Assembly (NCBI GenBank): GCA_020184695.1
Contig: JAANOX010000211.1
Span: 1-64,000, forward strand
Source of the DNA: Histomonas meleagridis 2922-C6/04-290x
Lineage: Eukaryota; Protista; Parabasalia
Reading direction: 5' to 3'
Length of the DNA: 64,000 nt
Below, piece by piece: positions 12,333 through 22,712 of this stretch (positions are counted from its first letter, which is position 1; each line of letters begins with the position of its first letter). Under the pieces are notes generated by a model. That model was not told the origin of the DNA and did not search any database. It saw only the letters and a list, made by a program, of their open reading frames with translations. Position numbers and translations under genes: made by a program.

Positions 12333-15300
12333 TCACTTACCACCTGTCTTCTTTAATAAAGAGTCAACATAAGCCGGATTGAGAGAAATTTCAATGTCTT
12401 CGTCTTTTGATGGTTGCCTAGAATGAGTTGGTGTTGAAGATGGAGAAGAACGTGGCGAAGATTTCGGTGAAGAATATGCAACTGCTGTTTGCGTATTAAA
12501 AGTTGAATGAGCCTTACGGTTTGCATCTTGACGTGACTTATTGGCGGCTTGTGCGCGCTTCATTCGCTCCATTTGTGCCTGCCTTGCTTTATCAATCTGT
12601 TCTTGTGCTGATGCTGATTTTGTTGTTTCTTCTTTACTTGGAGAAGCCTTGATAGTAGGTTTAGGTTTAGGTTGTTCTGGCTTGACAAATTCTTGTGCCT
12701 TTCTGAGAGCTTCAATGCGCTGCTGAATAGCGCTTTTAGGTTTGGGTGGTTGAGAAGGACTTGCAGGTTTGGTTTCTGCCTTCTTTTTCGCTTCTTCTTC
12801 AGCTCTACGCTTGGCTTCTTCCTCAGCTTTACGTTTAGCTTCTTCTTCAGCTTTCTTCTTTGCTTCTTCTTCTGCCTTACGTTTGGCTTCTTCTTCTGCC
12901 TTCTTTTTCGCTTCTTCTTCAGCCTTCTTCTTTGCTTCTTCTTCTGCCTTACGCTTGGCTTCTTCTTCAGCTTTACGTTTAGCTTCTTCTTCTGCCTTCT
13001 TCTTTGCTTCTTCTTCTGCCTTACGTTTGGCTTCTTCTTCTGCCTTCTTTTTCGCTTCTTCTTCAGCCTTCTTCTTTGCTTCTTCTTCAGCTTTACGCTT
13101 GGCTTCTTCCTCAGCTTTACGTTTGGCTTCTTCTTCAGCCTTCTTCTTGGCTTCTTCTTCAGCTTTCTTCTTTGCTTCTTCTTCTGCCTTACGCTTGGCT
13201 TCTTCTTCAGCTTTACGTTTAGCTTCTTCTTCAGCTTTACGCTTGGCTTCTTCTTCAGCTTTACGTTTGGCTTCTTCTTCTGCCTTCTTCTTTGCTTCTT
13301 CTTCTGCCTTACGTTTGGCTTCTTCTTCAGCTTTCTTCTTTGCTTCTTCTTCTGCCTTACGTTTGGCTTCTTCTTCAGCCTTCTTCTTGGCTTCTTCTTC
13401 TGCCTTACGTTTGGCTTCTTCTTCAGCCTTCTTCTTGGCTTCTTCTTCTGCCTTACGTTTGGCTTCTTCTTCAGCTTTCTTCTTTGCTTCTTCTTCTGCC
13501 TTACGTTTGGCTTCTTCTTCTGCCTTACGTTTGGCTTCTTCTTCTGCCTTCTTCTTTGCTTCTTCTTCAGCTCTACGCTTGGCTTCTTCCTCAGCTTTAC
13601 GTTTAGCTTCTTCTTCAGCTTTACGTTTGGCTTCTTCTTCAGCTTTCTTCTTGGCTTCTTCTTCTGCCTTCTTTTTCGCTTCTTCTTCAGCCTTCTTCTT
13701 TGCTTCTTCTTCAGCTTTACGCTTGGCTTCTTCCTCAGCTTTACGTTTGGCTTCTTCTTCAGCCTTCTTCTTTGCTTCTTCTTCTGCCTTACGTTTGGCT
13801 TCTTCCTCAGCCTTCTTCTTTGCTTCTTCCTCAGCTTGAGTGTCAACTTTTCTTAATTGAACCTTTTGGAAGGCAGCTTGCTCTTCTTGTTTCTCTTTCT
13901 CAGTTGGTTCAACTTTACGTAATGATACATTAATTCCTGGAGCTGATTCTTCTTTCTTTGGTTCTGGTCCTTTTGTATTATCAACTTTACGTAATGATAC
14001 ATTAATTCCTGGAGCTGATTCTTCTTTCTTTGGTTCTGGTCCTTTTGTATTATCGACTTTACGTAATGATACATTAATTCCTGGAGCTGATTCTTCTTTC
14101 TTTGGTTCTGGTCCTTTTGTATTATCAACTTTACGTAATGATACATTAATTCCTGGAGCTGATTCTTCTTTCTTTGGTTCTGGTCCTTTTGTATTATCAA
14201 CTTTACGTAATGATACATTAATTCCTGGAGCTGATTCTTCTTTCTTTGGTTCTGGTCCTTTTTGTATTATCAACTTTACGTAATGATACATTAATTCCTG
14301 GAGCTGATTCTTCTTTCTTTGGTTCTGGTCCTTTTGTATTATCGACTTTACGTAATGATACATTAATTCCTGGAGCTGATTCTTCTTTCTTTGGTTCTGG
14401 TCCTTTTGTATTATCAACTTTACGTAATGATACATTAATTCCTGGAGATGATTCTTCTTTCTTTGGTTCTGGCTCCTTTGCGCCACCAACCTTTCTGAGA
14501 TGTGGGAATGCTGGTCCTGAAGGAGCTTCTTCCTTTTGTTGTGCTGTCGGTTGTGTTGTCTTCACTTTTCTCAAGTTGCCCCACATTGGTGCTGCTGGTG
14601 CATCAGACTTTCCTTGTGGTTCCTTTGGTTCTGCGTCATTTGGACGATTTACTTTTCTGAGTTGTACTGCAATATGTGGCTGTTCTGTTTCCTTTGTTTG
14701 TTTCTTTAGATTGTCGAAACTAGCTTTATTACCACCTCCTGCTCTTCTTTTTGCAAGTGCGCCGGCTAGAGCTGCTTGGAATGAATCCATTGGCTTGGCA
14801 TCTGCTGCTGCAGCTGTTGGAGGAGGCCTTTCTGGTGGTGGAGCTACTTTCTTTAATTTTGGCATTTGACCTGGAATTAATGCCATTCCGCCAGAAGGTG
14901 GTTTTTTGAATATTGCAGAAGCACCCTTTGATGAAGATGAAGAAGGTGGTGGAGGTGGTGGAGGAGGTGGTGGAGGAGGTGGTGGAGGTGGAGGTGGAGG
15001 TGGTGCACCACCAGCATCCATTGGCTGTGGTTCTGGTTCTGGTTCAGGAGCTGGTTCAGGAGCTGGTTCTGGTGCAGGGGGTAAAGTTGGAGGTGGGGGT
15101 GGTGGTGCTTGCACTGGAGCAGGTCTTGGAGCACCCATTGCAGGCATTGGAGCACCCATTGGACGTGGTGCACCCATTGCAGGCATTGGTGCACCCATAG
15201 GGCGAGGTGCTGCACCACCAGATGGTTTAGGACCTCCCATTGGTTTTGGTGGAGTAATTTGTGCAGCAAACATTGCATTCAACCTTGACTTGAAGTCCAT

Positions 15301-15507
15301 TGGTTTTTCCTCTTTTGGAGGAGGTCTCTCAGGTGGTGGAGCAACTTTTCTTAATTTTGGAAATTGACCTGGAATTAAAGCACCACCGCTTGGAGGTTTC
15401 TTGAATATTTTAGCAGCACTACTTGTTGACGATGAAGGAGCAGGTGGGGGAGGTGGGGGAGGTGGTGGTGGGGGTGGTGGGGGTGGAGGTGGAACATCTT
15501 CAGACAT
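12333..15507 (-). CDS. Polyproline / multi-WH2-like (LRKV) / single-alpha-helix protein, about 1,057 aa after correcting one frameshift; likely actin regulator
   Basis: ORFs 14218..15576 and 12333..14489 join if one extra T at 14259-14263 is removed (T5 versus T4 in the other repeat copies); 3175-1=3174 nt is in frame. Start MSEDVPPP at 15507 has a TCATTTT Inr just upstream. Confidence 0.75.
12777..13832 (-). repeat. 24-bp coding tandem repeat x44 encoding EEEAK(K/R)(K/R)A, a charged single alpha-helix
   Basis: 1,056 nt equals 44 units; seen directly in the sequence and the translation. Confidence 0.95.
13911..14475 (-). repeat. 72-bp coding tandem repeat x8 encoding GPEPKKEESAPGINVSLRKVDNTK
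   Basis: Near-identical units; one copy carries a 1-nt insertion in a T-run. Confidence 0.95.
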
Positions 15508-16137
15508 CCTAAAATGAAGTAAATACGATAAGGACTTTGGATAATAAACTTTATAAAAAGTTTTTTCTGGCCTCATATTTGAATTGACTTTGCGGTTATA
15601 TTGAATTTCATGGGGGACAATTCACGTTCGCCAAAGTCCGTTCAATTTAAATTCAAATTTATTCTTGAGGTTTTTAAATTTTATTCTCCCCATCTAACAT
15701 AAAGTATCTTAAATTATATTTATATAGTTTTATTACGATTAATAAGAGAAACAAAAAGCAAAAATATTGTTTGTTTATTAAGAATAAACACTAAAATTCA
15801 AAGGGTTTTTTTCAATTTGATCGTGGCCGTTTAAAAAATGTGGATAACATGCTAACCGTTGGTTTTACATCTTTTCAAATTCTTTGTCTAACTGGATGAG
15901 AGTTCAATCATTGGTCATAGAGAAGTTTTTTCATTATCCAATTTTTATATGAGTTGAAAAAATGACTATTTGGAGAGAGATGTACGTTTAATATATATAA
16001 CTATGAGCGAAAAAACTGTCTTTGTTGTTTCAACAAAAATATCGGTTATTGAGTTCTGCCCTTCCTTTGACCAATTATGCATTCAAAGACATTAGATTAC
16101 AAGAAATTGAAGCTTTAGTAAATTTAATTTTAAAAAT

Positions 16138-16334
16138 CAGGGTGGGTTCAAATGTCCATTTTTCGAAATTTTGTCCACAGCAGAAAGATAATTGTGGGGT
16201 TTGTGGGAAAACGTTCTCTTAATAAACATCTGAATACATCATGGTGTATTGAAAAAGTTGGATAGGTGAAGGGATTTCACTTGTAGGGATTTCCTCGCAC
16301 AAGAGGTCAAAAGATTTTCCAAAAATCCACCCTA
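16138..16334. mobile_element. Non-autonomous DNA transposon / MITE copy A (197 bp), hAT-like
   Basis: Ends CAGGGTGG...CCACCCTA with a perfect 8-bp flanking direct repeat TTAAAAAT (16130-16137 and 16335-16342). The first ~60 bp and the opposite end resemble the reverse complement of 36970-37193. Confidence 0.8.
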
Positions 16335-16455
16335 TTAAAAATATCTCATATGAGATTTAAGCTTGATTTTTGATTCATAAAAAAATTTATATATAAATTA
16401 AACTATGAATTAGAAAAACATATATTTTAAGATGAAAATCACCATATTTCTATTT

Positions 16456-17304
16456 CTAATAAGAATCTGTACTTACAAACTCATCACCAATGTTAACGCT
16501 AAAGAACGGAGCATTTTCTTCACTTCTTTCGACACCTGACTTTCGTTCTTCTTTCCGCCAAAAGAAAAAATTAATAGTACCAGTGACTTGGAAGAATATC
16601 ATAAGTCCAACAGCAACCGCAATGAATATTGCAAACCTTATTGAAACTTGTTTGTTGTGTTGCTGGATTGTGGTACATTCTTCAATCATATTTAAAACTG
16701 AGGTTCGATTAATGTTTGAAGGAATTTGAAAGGTGCTGCAATTTCCTTTGGATTTAACAGAACTGTACCTTAGCTTAAAGAAGAGAGTTTCTGGATTGAT
16801 AATTCTGAAAAAAAATGGTTCACCAAGTGGATATTGGCAATTAATTTTTTGTCTAGGAACAGTTGGTTTACACTGGTATTTAGGATTTGATGAGCTATTA
16901 ACAAAAAATTGAATAGAAAATAAGCTTGTTGACATTGCTTCGATTTCCACTAAATTACTAGAAAATTCCCTGCCAGAGAAGAAGCACACATCAGAATTTG
17001 CAGATATCATCCCATTTGACGTGATAATAAATGGTGAATCAAAGAAATATTCTCCCGATTTACATAAATCTTGTGAAAAATCCCAATAAGAAAAACAGGT
17101 GTGCTTTTCAAATTCTAGAAGTACTTTTGTGCCGGTAAATGATATCGTATTTTTGGTTATTTCTTTTTCTTTTCCTTCAATAATCACCTTGGAATTTGAC
17201 TGAAAAATAAATACACCTGTTTTATTTGTAAAGTCATGTGTAAAGATTTCATTTGGGCCAACAGTAACATCCCTATAAATTAAGTTGACAACAAACAATA
17301 TCAT
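16456..17304 (-). CDS. Hypothetical single-pass membrane / surface protein
   Basis: Short hydrophobic N-terminus, Cys-containing ectodomain, TM segment (FAIFIAVAVGLMIFFQVTG) and an acidic cytosolic tail. Confidence 0.65.
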   Translation of the reverse strand: MILFVVNLIYRDVTVGPNEIFTHDFTNKTGVFIFQSNSKVIIEGKEKEITKNTISFTGTKVLLEFEKHTCFSYWDFSQDLCKSGEYFFDSPFIITSNGMISANSDVCFFSGREFSSNLVEIEAMSTSLFSIQFFVNSSSNPKYQCKPTVPRQKINCQYPLGEPFFFRIINPETLFFKLRYSSVKSKGNCSTFQIPSNINRTSVLNMIEECTTIQQHNKQVSIRFAIFIAVAVGLMIFFQVTGTINFFFWRKEERKSGVERSEENAPFFSVNIGDEFVSTDSY

Positions 17305-17920
17305 TATGATACTGAATTTTTTATCGGTTTGATTTCAATTTATCTATCGTTACTTGGACGATAGGAAATGGGCTTCACTTCAGTATGTAGTCAGACCAGA
17401 CATTTTTAAATACACAACAGAAATATCAAACCAAATTTTAATATTACTAAAGTATTTTAAATTTTAAAAATATTTTCATTCAATGACCGACCGGAAAACT
17501 AATATTAATATTGAATACAATAAATATATTTTTACTCATTTTTACCAAAAAACGAAGGTTAATCAATAAACTTGACTCAAGAATCTTGTGGAAAAATTGA
17601 ATTTTCTTATAATTTTATGAAGAAGTAATAAATTTTTATAGTACATAAAATGACTTCTAATGTGGAAGCAAAATATGAATGTGAATTTTAACCATTTTTT
17701 TTTTTAACTTATGATTCTTAAACATATTTTAAAATTACCTTATAGATATCACTGTTATTATTTCATTAATTTTATCCAAAAAAAAAAAAAAAAAAAATAA
17801 AAAAAAAAAAAAATAAAAAAAATAATTTCACATATTAAAATAATATTTATGTTACATGAATGTATTCATAAAAATAAATTAAGCTTAAATTTTGATTAAA
17901 ATAGAAACACATATTTTATT

Positions 17921-19324
17921 TTAATTTTTGATAACAAATCCTTTTTTATCGGCATAGTGTTTCTTCATCCATTTCTTATCAAAATGTTTTAATGGATGAG
18001 CCTCTGTTGTGAACACGTATTCATCAAGCGGAATAACGCTCGAATTCGAGAACAGTAAATATGCGTATTTGAATGTTTCGGCAAGTAAAAATGAATCTTG
18101 GATATCTTCGATTCCCAAATTCGGATTATTTACATTTCTTAATTCGCCAAATCCGAAATTAGCTCTACAATTTCTAATTACACTTTCTATCACTTTCCAG
18201 CCTCTTTCTCTCCATATTTCATCACCAGTAAATCTATATAAATAAAAACAACTTTCAATGTATTCTGGTCTTAATTTGTATTCGGGATTAATAAAAACAA
18301 TTTTATTATCCTTTGTTAATTCGAAAGCATCACCCATTAAACCTGTGTTCGTTTGGTTGTGCCATTTTGCAGCAGTCTCTCCAAGTTTTATTGCAAGTTC
18401 AATATCAGATTCATCAATATATTTAGAACCAAGTGAAATCATTCCTGGTATAAAGAAAGATAAATAACTTAAACTGTTGTCAGGAATGGAATCTTTTGTA
18501 CGAACAACATATGTATATTCGGGACCTTCTCTAAGTAAATATTTCCGAATTCCATTAATGCTATCTTTATAAAGTTCCTTACATCTGACACATTGGCCAT
18601 CAGTAAGAATAAATAACTTGAGAAGATACTCATAGAATGAATCGCCATATGCATCGAAGGAAAAGTCGAGGCTAGCAAAAGAGCCTGTATTAAAGTCAAT
18701 GCGAAGAGGCCATAGGCCATCAAAATTCTTGTGCGTGAAAAAGAAATCAAGAATATTATCAGAAATGTTGAGGAATAGTTCATTTCCTGAATGTTGTGAT
18801 AAGGTCATTAATTCTGGTGAAAGGGAACCAGCATGTGAAAGAAAAGTAGAACGTGGAGCCCAGCCCCAAGATGATGGAGTACCAGCAGTCATGTCAATGT
18901 TGGGAATTGGTAGTTTTGTTGGTGTATTAAAGGAAATTAATAATTTGGTAGCAAATGTTTCAGCAATTTTAAGAAGGGAATTGCGGCCTGATAGCTGGTA
19001 AGCTGACATGAGCCCCCCAATAACTCGTATTATTAGTTCGAACACTGAACCAGATGCTACATATTCAAAATTTTTTTCGAGAAAATCAACAGCTTCGTTA
19101 AATTCATCTTTCATGCCAAAGATCCATAATGTATCAAGACTGTCAATTAATGTAAGTGATGCGTTTAACCAATTTGATCCTTTACATGAAATTGGCTGAA
19201 GAAAATCTTTGCCGAAAGCACATTTTTTGTACCCATCCCATGACACAGCAAATGCATTTTTGACTTTGGAGAGCTTACTTGAATCTTCTGGAAGCAGGAT
19301 GTTGAGTAAAAATAATAAAATCAT
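17921..19324 (-). CDS. Class I alpha-1,2-mannosidase (glycoside hydrolase family 47)
   Basis: GH47 motifs LIDSLDTL, FELIIRVIGGL, DSFYEYLLK, RPEYIES, ETFKY and TEAHPL. Start placed at MILLFLL (19324) because the upstream ATG at 19435 lies inside the tRNA. Confidence 0.93.
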   Translation of the reverse strand: MILLFLLNILLPEDSSKLSKVKNAFAVSWDGYKKCAFGKDFLQPISCKGSNWLNASLTLIDSLDTLWIFGMKDEFNEAVDFLEKNFEYVASGSVFELIIRVIGGLMSAYQLSGRNSLLKIAETFATKLLISFNTPTKLPIPNIDMTAGTPSSWGWAPRSTFLSHAGSLSPELMTLSQHSGNELFLNISDNILDFFFTHKNFDGLWPLRIDFNTGSFASLDFSFDAYGDSFYEYLLKLFILTDGQCVRCKELYKDSINGIRKYLLREGPEYTYVVRTKDSIPDNSLSYLSFFIPGMISLGSKYIDESDIELAIKLGETAAKWHNQTNTGLMGDAFELTKDNKIVFINPEYKLRPEYIESCFYLYRFTGDEIWRERGWKVIESVIRNCRANFGFGELRNVNNPNLGIEDIQDSFLLAETFKYAYLLFSNSSVIPLDEYVFTTEAHPLKHFDKKWMKKHYADKKGFVIKN

Positions 19325-19420
19325 ATCCCTTTTGTTGGGATAAAGGTACATGACGATAAAAATATTATGTGCTTTTTGCATATTATCATCATGTATAAAC
19401 TGTATTTTATAATTATGAAT

Positions 19421-19492
19421 TCCGATATCGTTCATCGGTTAGGATATGTGGTTTTCATCCACGGGAGCGGGGTTCGACTCCCCGTATCGGAA
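19421..19492 (+). tRNA. tRNA-Glu (anticodon TTC)
   Basis: Acceptor stem TCCGATA/TATCGGA, anticodon arm TGTGG-TTTTCAT-CCACG, T arm CGGGG-TTCGACT-CCCCG, followed by a T-run terminator. Not in the ORF track. Confidence 0.95.
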
Positions 19493-19879
19493 AAATTTTT
19501 TTATTGATTTGTTTTTTTGTTCTTTAGATTCTTTCTGTTTTATGTGTTAAGTCTGAATAAAGTATTTTTCTTGATGTTTATTTCTTCTCTATCTCCACGC
19601 CAAGGACGTGCTATTGCAATTTAATCACATCAATAATAGAACTCATGATTTTGAATATATACTCAAGTTTTAAACGATATTTTTAATTTTTTCATTTTTT
19701 TATGATTTTTGTTTCTATTATAATAGAATCAAAACACGCATTAACCATATTTAAAAAAAGCATATATCTCACTTATTTATTTATTTCGAAGTCTTATAAA
19801 TTAATAATTTTTCTAAATTGATTTTCGAAATTTTGAAACTTGGTATGCCCATAAAATTTAATGAGTACAAAATTTATAA

Positions 19880-20072
19880 ACGTGACATGTGTTACGACAG
19901 AGGCAATTTGCCAAAACAGATTAATCTGAAACAGGAACACGCGCCTCTCCTCTCCTGCACAGTAAGGACTGAAGCAGCTTAGGCACAGCGAGACGAGTCG
20001 GAAAAACACATTTAGCGCGTGCGAACCATTCCAATCTTTGACCCAAACAAGAACTTAACTGCAAGCAGTTGA
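19880..20072. ncRNA. Candidate structured non-coding RNA or regulatory island, unassigned
   Basis: GC-richer island in AT-rich intergenic DNA with nested inverted repeats: CACGCGC/GCGCGTG, CTGC..CAGT-AAGG-ACTG..GCAG, CGTGAC/GTTACG, GGCAA/TTGCC, CAGATTAATCTG and AACTGC/GCAGTT. Confidence 0.3.
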
Positions 20073-20291
20073 TATATTAATATGCTTTTAATTAGAGTTA
20101 TTTATTAAAAAATTAATATTTTAGCATACATTAAAATTCATCAAGGATTTCATTATGTAAACTATTCAATGGAGAATTGAATATTTTACACGTACAATGA
20201 TCGTCAGCTTTTGGGTAATGTTAAAATTCCAGAACGATGAGCACCAGTTTGGGACAGATTAATTCTGTAATTGTGTTGCATCATGTGAAGT

Positions 20292-22712
20292 TTATATTTG
20301 CTCCATATTTACTTCAGTTAAGTTTCTTTTCAACATAAGTGAATTTTCGTATTCCTCGATTCTTCTTTTGTTTTCCATTATCATTTGTGCCTCATTTAGC
20401 ATACTCATCACCAAATCCTTTTGATCTTTACTTTCGTTTTTGAACAAAATATTTAATATTTTATCGCATTCTGTCTCTGCAAATGTCGGTACACACGTAA
20501 TTCCAACGTTATACAATAGGCGTGCGTAACTCTTTTTACATGATGGAATTTGCATTAAGTCCAAAAGTTCATTTTTCACCGATAATTCCAATCTTTTCCT
20601 GAATCCACTTAGAGCTCCTGCTAATATGAAAAATCCGATTAATTCGCAAAAATTCATTAATTGTCCTGAGAATGTTACAGAGTTTTGTTGTAATGATTGT
20701 AATATTCCGCGATCAATTTCGAACATAATTTCAATATCTTTTAATGGCGTTTCATTTATCATTTCGAACATTATAGCAGCAGCATATATTCTATCTAATT
20801 CGATATCAATTTTTTTATTTTCTTTATACCCTAATGTAAATATTTTTTGGATTTCAATTCTTGATAAATGTAATGCGATTTCGATTGTATGCATATGTTT
20901 ATCAATAATTTTATCCCATTTTTGATCTTTATAAGAAGGCGTCCTAAATCCAATATCAGTTGGCATACATAGATATAAAAGATGTAAGTCATCTTTTATA
21001 GATAAATCTGTAGTTCGAATGACTCTATCATATAAATTTAACCCTTCATCAATCCCAAGATTTACTCTTGAAATTGCTATTCCGAGTTGTGTAGGTTTAT
21101 CATTTATTAATAATCCTTTCTCTGTAAGTCTTTGTATTGATTCAATTCTTCTAATTTCTATTTCTTGTTCATTTATAAGATTCGAACAATAATTATATGT
21201 TTGTCGGATAAAATCTGATGAATCTGGGAAAAAACAAATACATTGAAGATAATATCGATCAAATTCTGTTTCATTAAGTAAATATGAATTTAATTTTCCC
21301 ATTTCTTGTTTGGAAAGTTCTTTAATTAAATTACTTTCTTCATTTTCTTTATGTTGAATTATAATTACTTTGCCAGGATTATCAGATGTACGTCCTGCTC
21401 TACCACCCATTTGATTATATTGATCTGGTGTTAACGAAATATTTTTAAAATTTTCTTTCCGAAAAACATTATAAATAATAACAGTAGAAACACTATTAAT
21501 GTTAATACCGGCAGAAAGTGTTGTTGTTGCAACAATAATATTAAGTATTCCATTTTTGATCCCATATTCGATGAGTGATCGTTCTTGTAATAGAAGTCCT
21601 GCACTATGGAAACAAACACCTTTAAGAATGCATGCTTCCATTAGACTATCAGTATCGAAATCTTTGACTCTTTTAAGTTTCTCAATTAATAATTTACGTT
21701 GTTCAATAACTTCTGGTGTTGGCTCTGGTAAATGTCTTTTTTGAAGAAATTCATTTGAATATAACTTTGTGGCTATAAGTCTTGAAATATCTCGTGTTTC
21801 CTTTCGTGAATTAACAAATATTAAGACAGTGTTTTTAGGCTTTTGGCGAATGGTATCTGCAACTAAAGGTAATATATGATTAGTATCTGTATGTATTGAT
21901 TCTAATTTAGGTCCAAATTGAATAAAGTTTCCATCTTGAATTTTATGAAGATGTCCATCTGGTGATTTAATATATTGTGCAATACAACTTGGACGCGAAG
22001 CATTTTGATAACAAAATCCATTTAACCATTTAGCTAATTGAAATGCATCATCATGTCTTAATGTTGCTGATAATCCAATAATTCGTGGTTGGTTTGTAAG
22101 AAGTTTTACTTTTGATATTATAGCTTCAATTGTAGCACCACGTGATGGTTTACCCATCATATGAATTTCATCAATTATTACTAATTTAATCTTTGAAATA
22201 TAATTATTCTTTATGGCACAATTAATCAAAGTATGTGCTTTTTCGAAGGTACATACAGCAATATGACCACTATTAAATTCATAACCAAGATTTGAAAAAA
22301 ATGGACGAACAACAAATTTTCGAAATCTTTTCTTAAACTCTTCATATTTTTCTGAAGCTAATGAAACAAAAGGTAAACAATATAAAGCTTTTGCGTTTGG
22401 ATTTTTTTCAAGTAATTGAGCTATAGCTACTTCAGCAGCGACCGTTTTTCCTCCAGCTGTTGGAACTAAAACAACGCAATTTTTTTCACTTTTCCAATCT
22501 TCATTCGAAAATAACTCATATTGCCAATTCCTAAGAGAATTGATAGCTGGTGGTGGATCACCTTTGACATAAGATTCTTGTAAAAATTTTGGAATCCCAA
22601 CAGATTCCATTTCTTGATTAAAAACTTTCTTTGTCTGTGACGGGTTGAAGTAATAATCGGAAGAAGATGGGTCTAAATCGAAGAAATCATCGCTTTCTTG
22701 AGCTATCAGCAT
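20292..22712 (-). CDS. HELQ: HELQ/Hel308/POLQ-type Ski2-like SF2 DNA helicase
   Basis: Motif I VPTAGGKT, motif II IIDEIH, motif III GLSATL, TTTLSAGINI and motif VI QMGGRAGR; the C-terminal region resembles HELQ/POLQ helicases; no polymerase domain. Confidence 0.8.
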   Translation of the reverse strand: MLIAQESDDFFDLDPSSSDYYFNPSQTKKVFNQEMESVGIPKFLQESYVKGDPPPAINSLRNWQYELFSNEDWKSEKNCVVLVPTAGGKTVAAEVAIAQLLEKNPNAKALYCLPFVSLASEKYEEFKKRFRKFVVRPFFSNLGYEFNSGHIAVCTFEKAHTLINCAIKNNYISKIKLVIIDEIHMMGKPSRGATIEAIISKVKLLTNQPRIIGLSATLRHDDAFQLAKWLNGFCYQNASRPSCIAQYIKSPDGHLHKIQDGNFIQFGPKLESIHTDTNHILPLVADTIRQKPKNTVLIFVNSRKETRDISRLIATKLYSNEFLQKRHLPEPTPEVIEQRKLLIEKLKRVKDFDTDSLMEACILKGVCFHSAGLLLQERSLIEYGIKNGILNIIVATTTLSAGININSVSTVIIYNVFRKENFKNISLTPDQYNQMGGRAGRTSDNPGKVIIIQHKENEESNLIKELSKQEMGKLNSYLLNETEFDRYYLQCICFFPDSSDFIRQTYNYCSNLINEQEIEIRRIESIQRLTEKGLLINDKPTQLGIAISRVNLGIDEGLNLYDRVIRTTDLSIKDDLHLLYLCMPTDIGFRTPSYKDQKWDKIIDKHMHTIEIALHLSRIEIQKIFTLGYKENKKIDIELDRIYAAAIMFEMINETPLKDIEIMFEIDRGILQSLQQNSVTFSGQLMNFCELIGFFILAGALSGFRKRLELSVKNELLDLMQIPSCKKSYARLLYNVGITCVPTFAETECDKILNILFKNESKDQKDLVMSMLNEAQMIMENKRRIEEYENSLMLKRNLTEVNMEQI

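Noticed and set aside
12777-13832. TolA-like or bacterial horizontally transferred gene
   Set aside because: Similarity would come only from low-complexity E/A/K repeats; the flanking domains are eukaryotic actin-regulator-like.
12541-13933. Antisense and alternate-frame ORFs (F/C/L-, A/S-, K/R-rich)
   Set aside because: Shadow ORFs of the 24-bp EEEAKKKA repeat.
17778-17822. Long A-rich run as a retroposon poly(A) tail
   Set aside because: No adjacent element body or target duplication recognised; treated as simple low-complexity sequence.
19325-19435. N-terminal extension of the mannosidase in the ORF track
   Set aside because: Overlaps a well-formed tRNA-Glu; the signal-peptide-like MILLFLL starts at 19324.
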